From Camelus ferus (Eukaryota), in assembly GCF_009834535.1 (NCBI RefSeq), contig NC_045697.1:5954001-6018000 (forward strand): 64,000 bases of DNA, read 5' to 3'. The stretch's first letter is position 1. Every line of letters begins with the position of its first letter. The notes beneath the pieces were generated by a model. That model was given only the letters and a program-made list of their open reading frames with translations. It searched no databases and was not told the origin of the DNA. The position numbers were made by a program, and so were the translations under genes. Below are positions 37,065 to 50,845 of this stretch, piece after piece.

Positions 37065-40000
37065 CCAATATCAACTTGTATATAAGAGAAATGAAGGGCA
37101 CCTGTCCAAACTTTTCTACAATTCATATTTATTAAAATTCTTTAGTGGAACCCCTATCATCAGTTTCAAAAGCCCTTTAAAATGCTTGGAAATCCCTTTA
37201 AAAACCTCGACAAGTGTGTCCATATGCCACATAAGCCTTTAAACAATTTTTCCTCTGAGGTGCCAGCTTTGAAAAATTGCTTATTAAATTTAAAAAATCA
37301 CATATAGCCATTTTGAAGATTCTTCATGGATAGTTAGCTGTGTATCTTTCACTATACTTAGTCTTATTTGTCCATTCATTCACCCATTTTCATCCAACAT
37401 GTATGTGCTGAGTCCTGTGCTGGGCATTTTAGAGTCTACTTGTCCACACGATGAACTGCCTTAGGAGGTAGGTATTCTGATCCCCACTGGACATGGGAGG
37501 AAATCAGGGCACAGAGGAGCAGAATGACTTGCTCAAGGCCGCACGAGCTGTAAATGATAGATCTGGTCCTGAAACCGAGAGCTTCTGGTCTGGGAAAAGA
37601 CTCACTCCCCTGCCCTTTCCCTGGGAGACAGTAGAAAGAAGGCGAAGGCAAGATTTCCCAACAGGTTTGTCTTATGATGGTAGCTGGGAGTGTGTCGGCA
37701 ATCAGAGAGCATGGCTCCCAGCCTGGGATGGTGGTGGGGAGCTGGCTGTGGAACTTGGTGCAGGGAGGGGAATAGTGCCCAAGGGAGCTGTCCACTCAGG
37801 CAGCCCTGCCCCTTGGAGGAGGTCTGCTCAGCCAAGCAGAAAAGCAGGTCTGTCCTCCTGTTTCTGAGCAGCTCAGATGCCCACCTCCTTGGAGCCCTTG
37901 CAGAGGCTTGTCCCATTCTGACAGGGGGCACCTCTGGCTCCGCAGACAAGGTGGGAGGCTTTGGTCCTTCCCCAAGCCTCAGTTTTCCCACCTATAACCT
38001 GGGCACTTGATGAACTATTTGAAATCTCAGTACAGCTGGCTTACTTGGCACATGTAAATTATGACCATGCCCGGGGCAGCCAGGCTAGTGGCCAAGAGCA
38101 CTGGCTTTGGTGTTAGATGAACTCTCCATCCACAGGCTGTGTGACCACAGGCAAGTCACGTGGACAGCTCTCAACTTTCTCATCTATAAAATGAGGATAG
38201 AGCCATAGCTCCTACCTCTTAGAGTTGCTTGGGGATTAAATGCAACAGTGCTTAGCACTGTGATCAGCATGCAGCAAAGGCTCAATCCTATCGACTGCTG
38301 AAGTCTTCTCATCGTTCATTCATTTAATACATGTCCGTTGAGTACGGACTTTGAGCCAGGCCCTCTGCTGGGATGTTGATGCCGAGCAAGAAGCAGACGC
38401 AATTTCTGCCTTCAAGTAGCCTCCAGCGTCTGGGGAGCCACTGAGGCAAGAAAGCCAAACCCATCACAAGATTAATGTTTTCCTGGACCACATCTCTTCT
38501 GGGCAATTGTAACAGTAAAAACAGTCAGTGCGCTGAGTACTTCCTGTGTGCCAGGCTCTGGGAAAGCTTTCCCTTTATGGAGTTCTAAATTATTTCAAAA
38601 AGGGAGCGATAAACTTCCCTTTACCACAGGGACGCAGCATCAGACATCGTTGATCGTGGATAAGGGAGAGTCACACGTCAGCAGGAGGCGTTGTCTGGGC
38701 CTAAAGAGCAAAGGCAGTGCGTCTCCTTTTGCATCCAGAGACGCTCCAGGATCGGGTGCCACCTGTCCAGCCCCAACCCCATCTTCTGGGTGGGGAGACT
38801 GAGGGCAGAGAGGTGAAGTGAGATTCCCTAGGTTACAGGGTTTCCAAACTGGCCTGTCTGCTCTGTGCAGTGTCTTTTTTGGGAATTCCTAGCTCCTGCC
38901 CAAGCTCAGACTGTTCCCACTGCTGGGAGTGCCCCCTGGCTTCGGACACGCTGCAGGGCACAAGGGACATGGGCGATTTACTCAGCGTGGGCTTGGCTCC
39001 CAGCAGGTGATGGTATAGAAGCGACGGCACCTTTCTCCCCTTCCTCCCAGTCTAACCACAGCCCAAGCTGGGAACCAGAAAGGTCCTGATCCCAGCCTGT
39101 GGTCTCACCTGCAGGATGCATGTCTAAGGAAATGGAAGGGAGGCTTCTTTGGGAAATGAAATGAGGTTCGGGAGTGAATTTATCTAGACAGAAGGAGGAG
39201 GTCCCGTCACCACCACCTATTCCTTCCATGGGTGGTATCATTATCTTTTTATTCCTTTATTCTTTGTTTGTTTATTGTGTTCTTTCAGGGAAGGTATGTG
39301 GTTTCTTTTGCTCACTGTTCCTTCCCCTGGAGCAAACTGTGTCCCTTAATAGACGTTTGGGCTCAACAGATGTCCATTGAATGGACGAATGAATAGGAAA
39401 TGATGACAGAGAGTTACCCAGGTCTTTTAAGAGTGAGTGGAAATTCACTACGTGGCCAGTGGATGGTGGGCTAACCAGACCCCAGGGCCAGCCTAGGGGA
39501 GAAGACAAGAGCAGGTCTAGAGGGTGCTGTTTGGTGGAAACCAGGCTGGAGACGGAGGAGGTGGGACGGCAGAGGTATTGTCTGCAGAGTCTGTGGTGGA
39601 CCCTGGTGTTCAGATTGCTGGGCTAGGGGGCTAGGAGTTTGCAGGGAGGAGATGCAGCAGGCTCCTTTAGCAGGAGAGAGCCACAGTCAGATCTGTGATT
39701 TGGAAAGTAGTCCTAGACACAGAGTGGAGTGTGTCTCAGTGGAGGGAGAGTGTGGAGGCAGATAAGGATGCTGGTTAGGACACAGTAATTGAGAACTTGA
39801 GAAGAAAGATGGAAAAATGTTTGCGTAACAGCACCTCCTGCCTCTCAGCATCATTAACAACCACGCTTCGTGCCTGGAAGCATCAGCCATGAGACTCGGT
39901 TAGACTCCTTCCTGAACCGTGCTCCACTGAACATAAAGTGAGTCCTCCTCTTGTCTGCCAATTAGTGTGTTTCGACAAAGACTTTATTCCAGTGGAATTT

Positions 40001-40944
40001 CTTTAATCTGGACTTTTAAGTCAAATTCTTCTTAGGTTTGAAGGTCTCCATACTGGAATTTCTGGGGGGAGAGGATGCTTTTGAAGAGTCTCTGGAGCAA
40101 GTGGGCCACGTAAGGCCAACCTGACTCTGCTGATTCTAATTAAAACTGAGGAGCCGCCACATTTCAATGAGTGCAGATGGCTCATTAGCAGGTAGGAAAA
40201 CACAGCTCTGATCTGTCAGGACAAACCCCCCGGTGATGTGTTTGGTGGGTTCACGGCCCTCAGATGATCTGTTACTAAGCTTAATCAGGAGTCTACATTT
40301 AGATAAAGCCAGAGGTCAGAGTTCTCAGTAGTCAGTTCCCATGGGTACACTTTAATATTCTTCCTTTTTTGGATGAGCACTAGGGGGGCTGTTGAAATAG
40401 ACACGCGAGGGTGACTGGACGAGGAAGGTCTTTGGCACAGCGAGCCGCAGTATAAGGCAGCCTGGAATATAGTCAAGGATCTGGGGACACAGCCTGGGAC
40501 CTGCAACTCTGGGCAATCACACCGTCAGCCTGGGTCTCGGAAGAACGGATTTGTATATTCATTCAGTGAACACAAGTTACTGAGTTCCTGCTGTGGGCTG
40601 CTGCTATGCTGGGCCCTGGGGATACAGCTCTGACGGAGCCACGGTTCCTGGGCTGGATGGCATCTTCGATCCTGTGGGTTCATGGTGTTGTCTGGCTCGA
40701 GACCTCAGCAATACTGAAGCAGATGTGACCCACCCTTATTCCAGTTCCTCCCCCTCTCAGAGCAGCTGGCCCCACACTGGGACCATCACTCAAATAAACT
40801 GCCTTCCTTGAGTCCTTGTCTTGGGTATCTTTCTGGGGAAAGCCATCCTAGTTTTTCAAAGTTCTGCATTGCCCAGGACTGAAACCCACACACCTGCCCT
40901 TTTCTGAACACCTACTGATTTATCACCTAGATGGCTGGGGCACC

Positions 40945-41022
40945 TAGGGTGACCAGCTTGTCCTGGCTTTACAAACCGAACGTCAAGTGTCTCAGAAACC
41001 CCTGAGATGGCTGGTCACCCCA
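40945..41022. mobile_element. hAT-Blackjack MITE remnant (MER94/MER81-like)
   Basis: Inverted termini agggtgaccagc ... gctggtcacccc. Confidence 0.55.
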
Positions 41023-44000
41023 GTGGTATCTCAACTCATCTCCTGATTGCTCAGCAGGGTTCATTGGGTTTCTGAGATGGGGAGAAAGAGAAAATACCAT
41101 GTTGTAAATATTTCTGGAGAGACTGAACTGACCTACATAGGGAAGGACTGAGCAGAAGGAGGAGCAGAGACACAGTGGAAAGCCCAGGGCTTGAGATGTG
41201 AGCTCAGCGGCGGCAGAAGCCGGGCTTCACGGCAGCTCAGTACGCTACCGCTATCGAGGCTGAGATGGAGAGAGATGGAGAATGAAGTTCTCAGCAAATC
41301 CTGCCGCCTGTTGTGGATGGTGCTCTCATGACTGGCCGTGGTAGAATTTAAATCGCTTCTTCTTTTTGGGTATCAGACTGATGTTTCTGTAAATGCAACT
41401 CAGCCGAGGTCAGCTTGTGGCTGGGGGGCACTTTCAGCTTCATCAGGAGTTTTCCTTTGTTCATCCTCCCAGGAGTCCTTGCGGGTGGCAGGTCGATGGG
41501 TGGGGAGACCATATGATTTGTCTTCAGAGACTCAGGGGCTGATATCGATAATCACGTCAGGATATCCGCTACAAGCTGAGACTGTCCCAGGCAAACTACC
41601 GATGGGGGAGTCAGGCCCGGGGTAAAAGCTCTCAGCTGAGGTCCCGCAGCGGGTAAGGCAGGGGCAGAGGCGGGATGCGAACCAGGTCTCCCGGGCCTTC
41701 CGTGGAATCCTCTCAGGCACGGCAAACAGCTGAAATAAGACTACACCCTCCTTGTGCTCCCCACCCACGGGGTGGCCTCCTGTGCAGTTACAGTCATTAA
41801 ATTTAATTGCCTACGAGTCTCTCTAGGCCAGGGTATTATCCCCAACTTACAGATGAGGAAACCGAGCCACAGAAGCATGAGGTGACTTGCTCGAGGTCAT
41901 TCACCGCCTGGCAGAGGTAGGACCCGTGGTCTTCCTGCCACGCCAGCTACGAGGCCGAGTCCGGGAGCGCAGAGGAAGAAGCCCACGCTTAGGCGATTAA
42001 GACGGGAGACCCGGGGATGCCGGGAGACAGCCCGTGCAGTAAGTTGAAGTGCTCCGTGTGCTGTGACCTCGTCAGACCTTGGGGCTCTTCCTGACCTTCT
42101 TTGGGAGTTTCCCTCACTGGGGAGGTGAACTTACTCTTTTCCAGGGGTCACCCAAAAATCCACGTGGCCCACAGCTCCTGCTGCAGCGGCAGATGTGAAG
42201 GCTGAGGTAAAGCCACCCCTGGAAGTCAGGGAGCACTGTCTCTGCACAACCAGCCGCCCCAGCTGTGCTTTCACTGGGTTGGCTGTGACACACCAGCCTC
42301 GATACAGCTGAACCATTTCTAGATCAAAAGGCTGAACCTCTCCATGGGGATCTGCTCAGCCCCGGCTCCTGAAGGTTGGGGAGCAGAAACCCTCCTGCTG
42401 GGCGGGACCACAGATGCTCAGCTGGCCCGTTTCCACAGCCTAGCTTCTCCCTGCCAGTGAAGCTGCAGCCTTGTCAGAAAGGACAGCAGCCGGCGAGGAC
42501 AGGCTGCGGCTTCAGATGGTACCCAGCTGGCACCTGCTGGTCTCCTCGTGGGCATCCCCTTCCCCTTCCTCCTCCTTCCACCTATCTGCCTGAAAACTCT
42601 TTCTCACCTTTTAAAATTCACCACTGGTACTTTCCTCTGTATGCCCACAGCCTCCTGCACAGTGGGGACACCACCTGCCATCCCCTTGGACCTGTGAGGG
42701 ATGAAGGGATAAACCAGACCTAGACAGGGTGCTTGGTGAGGGGGTGTTGAACGAAGGTGGGGATGATGAGTAAATCAGTGACTTTCTCATCCAGGGCCAG
42801 ACTCCAGGTGAGCCTAGCTCCTTTCCATGGAGTCCCATCAATGTGGTTCCTTGTATACCTCAAGTGATGGGGAACTCACTCCCTATGAAAGAAAGAGTCC
42901 AGCTTTTCAGTGGAGCCCAAATCTGAGTCTTGATCATCTCTCAAGCCCCGCCTTAGGCATTCCTCCTTCCCAGGACGTCCTCCCTGAGGCTGGCTTGCGA
43001 GAAGACGTGTCACTGGTGCATCTCAGTACCTAGGTCAGCACCTTGGGCACTTCCCTCTCGAGCACGGAATTACACGCAGGGCCTGCACACTGGCTGTTCC
43101 CTCTGCCCAGACTGCTCGCCTCCAGATACCTGCACGGCTGCCTCCCTCTTTTCCCTCCTATCTCTGCTCCATTATCACCTCCCCAGAGAGGCCTTTCCTG
43201 GCCCTTCCCCATCTCGAAGAGTGCCTCCTCCACCATTCCCCTTCCTCTCATTTTGAACGACGTTTCTTTACAGCACTCATCACTACCTTACGTTATATTT
43301 TTAATGTGTTTTCTATAAGCCTCCCCCAACAGAGTGGCAGCTCTTTGAGGGCTGATATGCTGTCTGTTTTGTTCCATGCTGTGCCCTAATTTCTAGAACA
43401 GTCTCAGGCACAGAGTATAAGAGCAAAGTAAATATTGGTAAATGGATGAATAAATGAATGAATGAATGAATGAAACTGGTGATTTCTCCACTAGGTGAGT
43501 CATTCATAACTGCATCCCCTGGGCCAAGGGTGGAGCCAGACACATAGCAGGTGATTAATGACTACTTGCTGAATAAATGATTGAAAATATGGCCACGTTG
43601 CTCACATTTTGAGGCTGGATCAAGTTCCTCCTCTGCTTCAAACTTCTGACAGCTTCCCACTGCGGTGAGAAGGAAATCCTAACTCCTCCCCCAGGAGTTA
43701 TGCGCTCCTCCATCACTAGGCCTTGCTACCCCTCCGACTCCATCGCCAACGTCGTCTCTTTCCCTTGCTGACAACATTGCAGCCTCCCCTGAACTTTCAA
43801 GCAAGTTTCTGCCTCAGGACCTTTGCATGTTCTTTCCCTAGATCCTTACAGGGCTGCTTCCTTCTTAGCATCCAAGTCTTGCCCTCAGTGCTCACAGGGG
43901 CCCTTCCTGTCCACCCTCTTACCACTCTTGCCCTTACTCTATTTATTCCTTCTTAGTTCATGTCACTATCATAAAATATTTATTAGTTTTACAGGTCAGG

Positions 44001-44626
44001 GTTCTATAAATATGCACAGCTTGGGGTCTGAGCATTCATTGCCGAGATGTAAGGTCCAAGAGCAAAGACCACGTCCCTGTGTCATTCACCAGGGTGTTTC
44101 TGGTGCCGGGTCAACAGCAGCAAGTGCCTGATCAATACTTTCAAGTTAACGAACACACTTACCTCTCAGCCTTACCCATCCCTCCTCCCTGTAGTACTTG
44201 ACAGTCAAGCCCATGGAATTTGCACTTCCCAGGTTATTTTTTCAGTTTATTTTTTAGTTCTTTCAAGTTATAATTATTCACAACCTAATTTACACTTATT
44301 TATAATTATTTTATAATTTATAATTACTTATCAATCTTTTAGGCTATCATTAGCACGTCTATCTTAATTAAATAGAACCCCACTCTGACTCTGTTTCTGC
44401 ACCCTCTGTATGGATTGCAGCACCTGGCACACAGTCTTTGTTCAAAATATTTTGTTGAATGAATCAATTGGGAACATACCCGAGAATAGATTAAAAGTGC
44501 ACAAAAGGTATTATAAACAGCCAACATAGGTTTCATAAAAATCCGTGCACTAAAGCACATGCACTTGTTTCCTTATAAAGAAAGCTGCCTATAGGTTTTT
44601 GGAAGACCTAATTCTCACAAGCTTGA

Positions 44627-44720
44627 TTTTTTTTTTTTTTTTTAATGGAGGTACTGGGGATTGAACCTAGGACCTCGTGCATGCTAAGCATGCGCTCTAC
44701 CACTGAGCTACACCCTCCCC
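44627..44720 (-). mobile_element. tRNA-derived SINE (Vic-1-like, short form)
   Basis: poly-T, then aatggaggtactggggattgaacctaggacctcgtgcatgctaagcatgcgctctaccactgagctacaccctcccc. Flanks gcttgatttt / gcttgctttt. Confidence 0.92.
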
Positions 44721-45437
44721 TGCTTGCTTTTCTACTTTTACTCATATTTTATTTAAATAAAGAAGCTGGATGTGCTCAGGGCTCAGGGGTGAGGCAGTTG
44801 CACTGACACGCACCAGCTCTTCCCCTGACTGCATCTGAAAAATGAGACTTCGTGGTGGGTGAGACTTGCCACCAGAGATGCTACTGTCTTAGAAAAATAA
44901 CCCCGAAAATGTGCATTGGACATCCTCTCAGAGCCAGTTCTCTTCCCAGAGGCTTGTTTGATTTAGTGAAGACTCTTAGGTCTCGAAAGTTCAGCCTCCA
45001 GAATTGCAGAGTGCTGGAGTGGCCCGGCTTTTGCTGATAAGATGCAACCCACCAGGGGTGGTTTTCTTAAGTGCAGGAAGCTGGATTTATGGCTTCGGAA
45101 ACCTGTGTAACAGCCCCCCTTTCTTGAAAGCTCTTTGTGAGTTGGAATTTTATTAGCCACTTGGCAGGGATTTCTTTTACATCTCCTACCACAGCCTTCT
45201 AAGATACAATCTCCTCATATTACAGATGGGACCTGATCAGAGAGCTGAGCTAATCTGCCCAAGGTCACACAGCTGATAAGTGGGGTCCTGGCTTTCGAGC
45301 CCCAGGCTGGAAGCTTATGAAGCCAGCCCATAGTTTCTCGACTACATCAAGCTGATTGCTGGAAACATAAAATAGAGGAAATGCTATTTCTTATTCCCTG
45401 TTTTTTCCTCCCCTTGTGCAAACTTAGAGCACAGAGT

Positions 45438-45895
45438 ATGCTGGGATAGACAGAATGTTCCCCCAAAGTCCATGTCCGAACCACCGGAACCTATGAAAAT
45501 GTCACCTTACATGGCCAAGGAACTTTGCAGATGGAACTGTAAGAATCTTGAGATGGGAAAATTAGCTTGCCTTGTCCAGGTTGGCTCAATGTCCTTAAAA
45601 TAAGGGTCCTTAAAAGAGGGAGGCAAGAGGGTTAAAGTCAGAAAAAGAGGTGTTATGACAGAAGCAGAAGGTTGAAGATGGAAGAAGAGACCATGAGGAA
45701 AGGGATTCAGGCTGCCTCGAGAGGCTGAAAATGGCAAGAAATAAATTCCTAGAGCTTCTGGAAGGAATGCAGCCCTACTGACTCAGTTTAGATTTTTGGG
45801 CTCTGTAAGCTCTGTAAGGTGATAAATACATCAGCATTACTTTCATTCACTAAGTTTGTGATACTTTGTTACAACAGTGACAGGAAACTAATGCA
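45438..45895 (+). mobile_element. MaLR LTR (MLT1D-like)
   Basis: cagaatgttcccccaaag...ccttacatggccaaggaactttgcagatg...atcttgagatggg...tttgttacaacagtgacaggaaactaatgca. Confidence 0.85.
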
Positions 45896-46604
45896 GAGTC
45901 TAAAAGATACACCATTCATGCAGCCGGGGAGCCTCAGAAAGATTTCAGTTTGAAGCCAGGAGATGGTTTGAAGCCTGACTGCTCCTGCCTCTTCTGAGGA
46001 TGCAGGCATTTGAGACGTCTCCTGTGGCTTTCCCCTTCCTGCCTGAGTCAAACTCCTCCAGGCGTAATAAAACCTAAGAAACAATCACCGGAGATTCTTA
46101 GCTTCTTTTCTATTCCAATGCAAACACTTTGAGATACAACCGTGGAATGAGGGACCCAAAGGATCTTCTGGGTTGAAATCAGCTTGGTGAGGAGGGAACT
46201 AGCATTTATTGAGCATTGACTCTGTGCCAAGCCTGATTCTAGATGTATGGGGTAGTTCCTCCCATTGACATCTGCCGCCCACCCCCCTGCACTGTCCCTT
46301 GCGCATTTCAGAGGCGGGAGCATCATATTAAGAAGAGCGTTGGGCTATGAGGCTGCACTGCTCCAATTTGAAACCTGGCTTCCTTGTTACTGGCTGTGTG
46401 GCCCTGGAGGAGCACCTTGTCTCTCTGAACCTCAGTTCCTTCATCTGTAAAATGGAAAATAGTCACGTAGGTGAGAATCAGAGTGGGGAAACGAGGAGAG
46501 AGAAAGAGAAGGGGGGGGGTTGCCGCAGATCGCACAGCAAGTAAGAGATGGAGACAAGTAGATTTGTCTTGAGTTGGTGCTTTTTTCCAAACACCAAGTT
46601 ATGA

Positions 46605-46826
46605 CAGTGCTTCTTAACCAAGGGCGATTCTGCCCAGGGGACTTTTTTTTTTTTTTTTTTAATGTTTGGAGACATTTTTGGTGATCACAACCAAAACAAG
46701 ATACTACTGGCAGCTGGCAAGGAGAGGCCAGGGCTGCTTCTCAACACTGTGCAATGCACAGGACGGCCCCACAACAGAGGGTTACCTGGCTCCAAATGTC
46801 AGTAGTGCTGAGGTGGAGAAACCCTG
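46605..46826 (+). mobile_element. hAT-Charlie MITE MER20
   Basis: cagtgcttcttaacc..gggcgattctgccc...ggagacatttttgg...gagaggccaggg...aatgcacaggacggccccacaac...ccaaatgtcagtagtgctgaggtggagaaaccctg. Confidence 0.88.
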
Positions 46827-47537
46827 TTCTGGAATCTTCTTCAGCAAGTTACGTAATGGCATCATTAAATGAGCATGTGTTTGTCAGCTTGGGGAGGCGG
46901 GTGCCTGTGAACACACCAGATTTCCATCAGACCATTTCTTATTTCTTCCTAGAACTCTGAATCTATAATTTGTGTTGCTGCAGAATGTATTTAAATCTGC
47001 CTTAACAAAGGGAGGGAGGAGAGGAAGGAATTGAAGGCTCACTAGGCACCTTCCGTGTGCCAGGCCCCATGCGGATCCCAAACAGTCCTTACCGCACAGC
47101 AAGGGGGAGGCTGCTAGTGTCATTTTGCAGACGAGGAAATGCAGCTTAGGGAAGCTAGGTGACTTCCCAAGGATGTCACAGCTGTTGGAAGGGTGATCTG
47201 ACCTCCAGCCCATGTCTCTCTCTTGGCGCCATGGGCCAGCGGCTAGTTGGTTACACTTTCCTGGACAGAATAGAGGGGAACGAGGTGGGGCTGGTTCCAT
47301 GCTTGAAGGTCTTTGAAGATCTGCCACCGCTGGATGGATGAGACAGCCCAAGCTCCCTGCAGTAGCGCTGGTTTGCGGGAATCTGGCCCCCGGACCCATG
47401 ATTTGCCACTTTAGCAAACAGAGCATTTCAAAGCACATGGCTCCCAGATGAAGGAATGTAATGCAGAGAAATGAGGCATGGCCACTGCCCCTGCCCCCAG
47501 CTAGTGATTATCAGTGCTGTGTTACTATGACCACAAC

Positions 47538-48114
47538 TGAGACAGGAGGGAAGGGGGCGGGGCACAACCACTGAAGGACTGACACAGGAATTGAGGACAG
47601 GACACACTGGTTAGAACCAAGATGGCAGAAGATTCAACTTCCAGTAGACCTGGAGCCTCACGGTGCACCCACCGGCAGGCGCCATGGCAGTTCTGAGGCT
47701 GACAACAGTCAAAAAGTGGGCGGAGCCCGACTCCTGGACATCCCCGCCCCTTTCCCAAAGTAGCTGGAATAATCCTCCTACTCATTAGCACATGAAATTA
47801 CCAAGCGCATAAAAACTAACAACCCGCGCCTCGTGGTGGCGCTCTCCGGCCTTCTGAGACGGCCCGCACTCTGTAGAGTGTGCCTCTACTTTCGCTTTGA
47901 ACTAACCCCCCCACCGCTCAGCCTCTCCCTCTCGCCTTTTGAGACGGCCCGCATTCTGCCTGTGGAGTGTGTATCTCCTAAGCTGTTGTCCCTTCTGAGA
48001 CGGACCCCACTGTCTCTGGAGTGTGTATCTCTCTAAATAAACTTGCTTTCATTTCTCTGTGCCTCGCTCTTGAATTCTTTCCTGCACGAGACAAGAACCC
48101 ATCCTCCAGCAACA
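47538..48114 (+). mobile_element. Solo ERV1-type LTR, CpG-rich
   Basis: TGagacagg...cagcaaCA with 4-bp TSD caac (47534-47537 / 48115-48118). TATA-like 'cataaaa' at ~47808, AATAAA at ~48036, and three internal 'tgagacgg.cc.cact' units. Confidence 0.9.
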
Positions 48115-48399
48115 CAACGACTACCATGGCTGCTACTCTTAGGACTGAAAGCCCCTCTTCAAGCGGCTCTCTGAGGATACCTGGGGCACCTCCTCCAATC
48201 TGTGCTCCACACAGAAGCCAAAGTGAGCATTTGAAACAGGAGGCAGATTAAGGCAGCCCTCTGAGCAAAACCCCACTGCCCTTGGAATCCAGCAGCTAAA
48301 CCAAGTACCGCTGTGGGGCTGGATCTCCCCCCACCCCGCCTTCCTGTCTCCTCACCTCGACCCTGTTTATTCCACGCCAGGCGCACACCCCTCCCTGCT

Positions 48400-48732
48400 C
48401 TTTCTAGAACGGTCCGACATGGTGGCCCTCAGCCCCACGTGGTTACTGGGGACCTGAGACGCAGCTGGTCTGATCTGAGATGTGCAGTGAGTGTAAAACA
48501 CACGCTGACAATTCCAGAGACTGTGTGGGAAAAAAAAGACATTTAAAATACCCTATTAACACATTTTCTATAATGATTACATGCTGAACTGATGTTTTGA
48601 ATATATGGGGTGGAATACAATACGTCATTAAGAGAAATTTTGCCTGTTTCCTTTTTACTTTTTCAATGTGGCTACTAGAAAATTCAAAATTACACGTGTG
48701 GTTTGAATTGTATTTTGGGGGGCAGCACTGTC
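48400..48732. mobile_element. hAT-Charlie MITE MER33/MER3-like
   Basis: 'tctgagatgtgcagtgagtgtaaaacacac...aatgtggctactagaaaattcaaaattacacgtgtgg...cagcactg'. Confidence 0.8.
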
Positions 48733-49069
48733 CTAGAATGAGCAAGGCAGGTTCTTGCCTCAGTTACTGCCCCTGCCTGGGAGAGTTTCCCTCTAGGTGC
48801 CTGCAAGGCTCAATTCCTGACTTTGTATAGATCTTTGTTCAAACTTCACCTGTTCAGAGAGGTCTTTCCTGACGACCTTAGTTAAATTGCACCCCTGATT
48901 GTCTGTCACCCTTCATTCCCTTATCCTGCCGCCCCCCCCCCCCCAGGACTTGACATGTCCTTTGGCTGCGCCTAACTCCCTTCTGAGGAGCGCACGCTCC
49001 CTGGGGTTGCTCTGCATGCTTATCCCAGCATCTGGGACACAGCTGGGTGCAGAGGAAACCCTCGTTTAT

Positions 49070-49221
49070 TTATTGTGTTATTCAATTATTCTATTTTAGG
49101 GGGGAGGTAATTAGGTTTTATTTATTTTTAGAGGACGTACTGGGGATTGAACCCAGTACCTCATGCATGCTAAGGATGCCCTCTACCACTTGAGCTGTAC
49201 CCTCCCCAGCCCCCGCCGAGT
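49070..49221 (-). mobile_element. tRNA-derived SINE (Vic-1-like)
   Basis: ggggggaggtaattaggtttt...gtactggggattgaacccag...ctctaccacttgagctgtaccctcccc. TSD ccctcgtttat (49059-49069) / ccctcatttat (49222-49232). Confidence 0.88.
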
Positions 49222-50311
49222 CCCTCATTTATAGATGCTGCGAATACAGAAATGAACAGAACAGATAAAAGTCTTAAAAAAAAAAAGGGCCAAACTATTT
49301 TGTCCCTTCCCTGTTCTCAGCCGTGGAGGGAGGTGGAGGGACCCTCATGCTCCCTGGCTCAGGTCAGTGAGAGGCAGAGAACGGGGAAAGGAAGCCAGAG
49401 CTGAGACCCGGGTTCAGGCAACAAGGTGCATCTGGGAACATGGTGATGACGCCGACCACCGTTATGGTCCTAAGGCAGGTGCTGTTGGAAGGGAGTGGCA
49501 GCCAGCATGGACTAGACACCCTTCGTGCTCCTGGTACACGCCTAGTGGATGTGCTCCGCCTGCTGGCTCACGGGCCCCATCTACACTTGTTCCATGTATG
49601 TTGTTGAATTTACTCCTCACAACACCCAAGACCCACTTTAAGTGTGGGCAAACTGATGGAGAGAGGGCGAGGGGAGGCCAAGGCCACGCTGCCGGTTGCA
49701 CGGGGATTCAAACCGAGGAAGGAGGGAGGCAGCCCAGGGTCCCCTCCCCTGCATGTGGCCTCTCTGGGAAACATCATCTTTTGCTTCTTACGAGACAATT
49801 CTTGACCCTGAACGCCGGCCATACTGCTGCTACGGTGGGGAACTGAACAGAGATCCTTCAGGTACTTTCACCAGCGTGAATCTCGCCTTTCCTTAAGTTA
49901 ACAGAAAACAGTGGACGATGTGTGGATGTGAGGGGCCACTTTTCCATTTTAGCTGTTTCTTTTTGACACCTCGGAGAAGTGAATCATTATCATATAATTG
50001 TATCTCCTTTGGAAAAATACAAATTAAACCAAGGTTAATGCCAATAGCCTGGGCCCTCACAAGAGTTTAGTCATTAAAATCGTGAAAGAAAAATGAAGGT
50101 GGAAGTGCTATTTCCTCACGACCGTTTCCGCCACCCGTCCCCAGCTGCAGTCCCTGCATCACACACGTTTCTGAGGTCAGCAGAGGCAAGTGAAGCAGAG
50201 CGCCTCACCTTCATTCTCAGCTGACTCTTGAGTTTCTTATTAAAGGAGGTAACATGGATAATGTACTTAGCACTGTGCTTGGCCCATAATAAGTGCTCAA
50301 TAATTGGTATC

Positions 50312-50845
50312 AGTGATGATGATAATGGTGGTAGTGGTGGTGTCATGGTGATCATGGTGATGATGATGATAGTGGTGGTGAAGATGGTGGTGGTGGTGAT
50401 GGTGGTGGGCTGGTGATGATGATGGTGGGGGTAATGGTGGTGGCCATTGGTGATCATGGTGATGATGATGGTGATGGTGGTGATGGTGGTAGGCTGGTGA
50501 TGACAATGATGATGGTGGTAGTAATGGTGGTCATGGTGATCATGGTGATGATGATGGTGGTGGTGATGGTGGTGGTTATGATGGCGGTGGTGATGGTGGT
50601 GGTGGTGATGATGATGGTGGGGGTAATGGTGGTGGCCATTGGTGATCATGGTGATGATGATGGTGGTGGTGGTGATGGTGGTGGGCTGGTGATGATGATA
50701 GTGGGGGTAATGGTGGTGGCCATTGGTGATCATGGTGATGATGATGGTGGTGGTGGTGATGGTGGGGGGCTGATGATGATGATGATGATGATGGTGGTAG
50801 TAATGGTGGTCATGTTGATCATGGTGATAATAGTGGTGATGATGC
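50312..50845. repeat. Complex (GAT/GGT)n array with higher-order units
   Basis: Trinucleotide-based array with the recurring marker 'gggtaatggtggtggccattggtgatcat' (tggccatt at 50441, 50633, 50717). Confidence 0.95.

Noticed and set aside
33742..47537. Possible provirus between the two related LTRs
   Set aside because: Each LTR has its own TSD, and the intervening DNA contains MIR/L2/MLT1/SINE sequence with no gag/pol.
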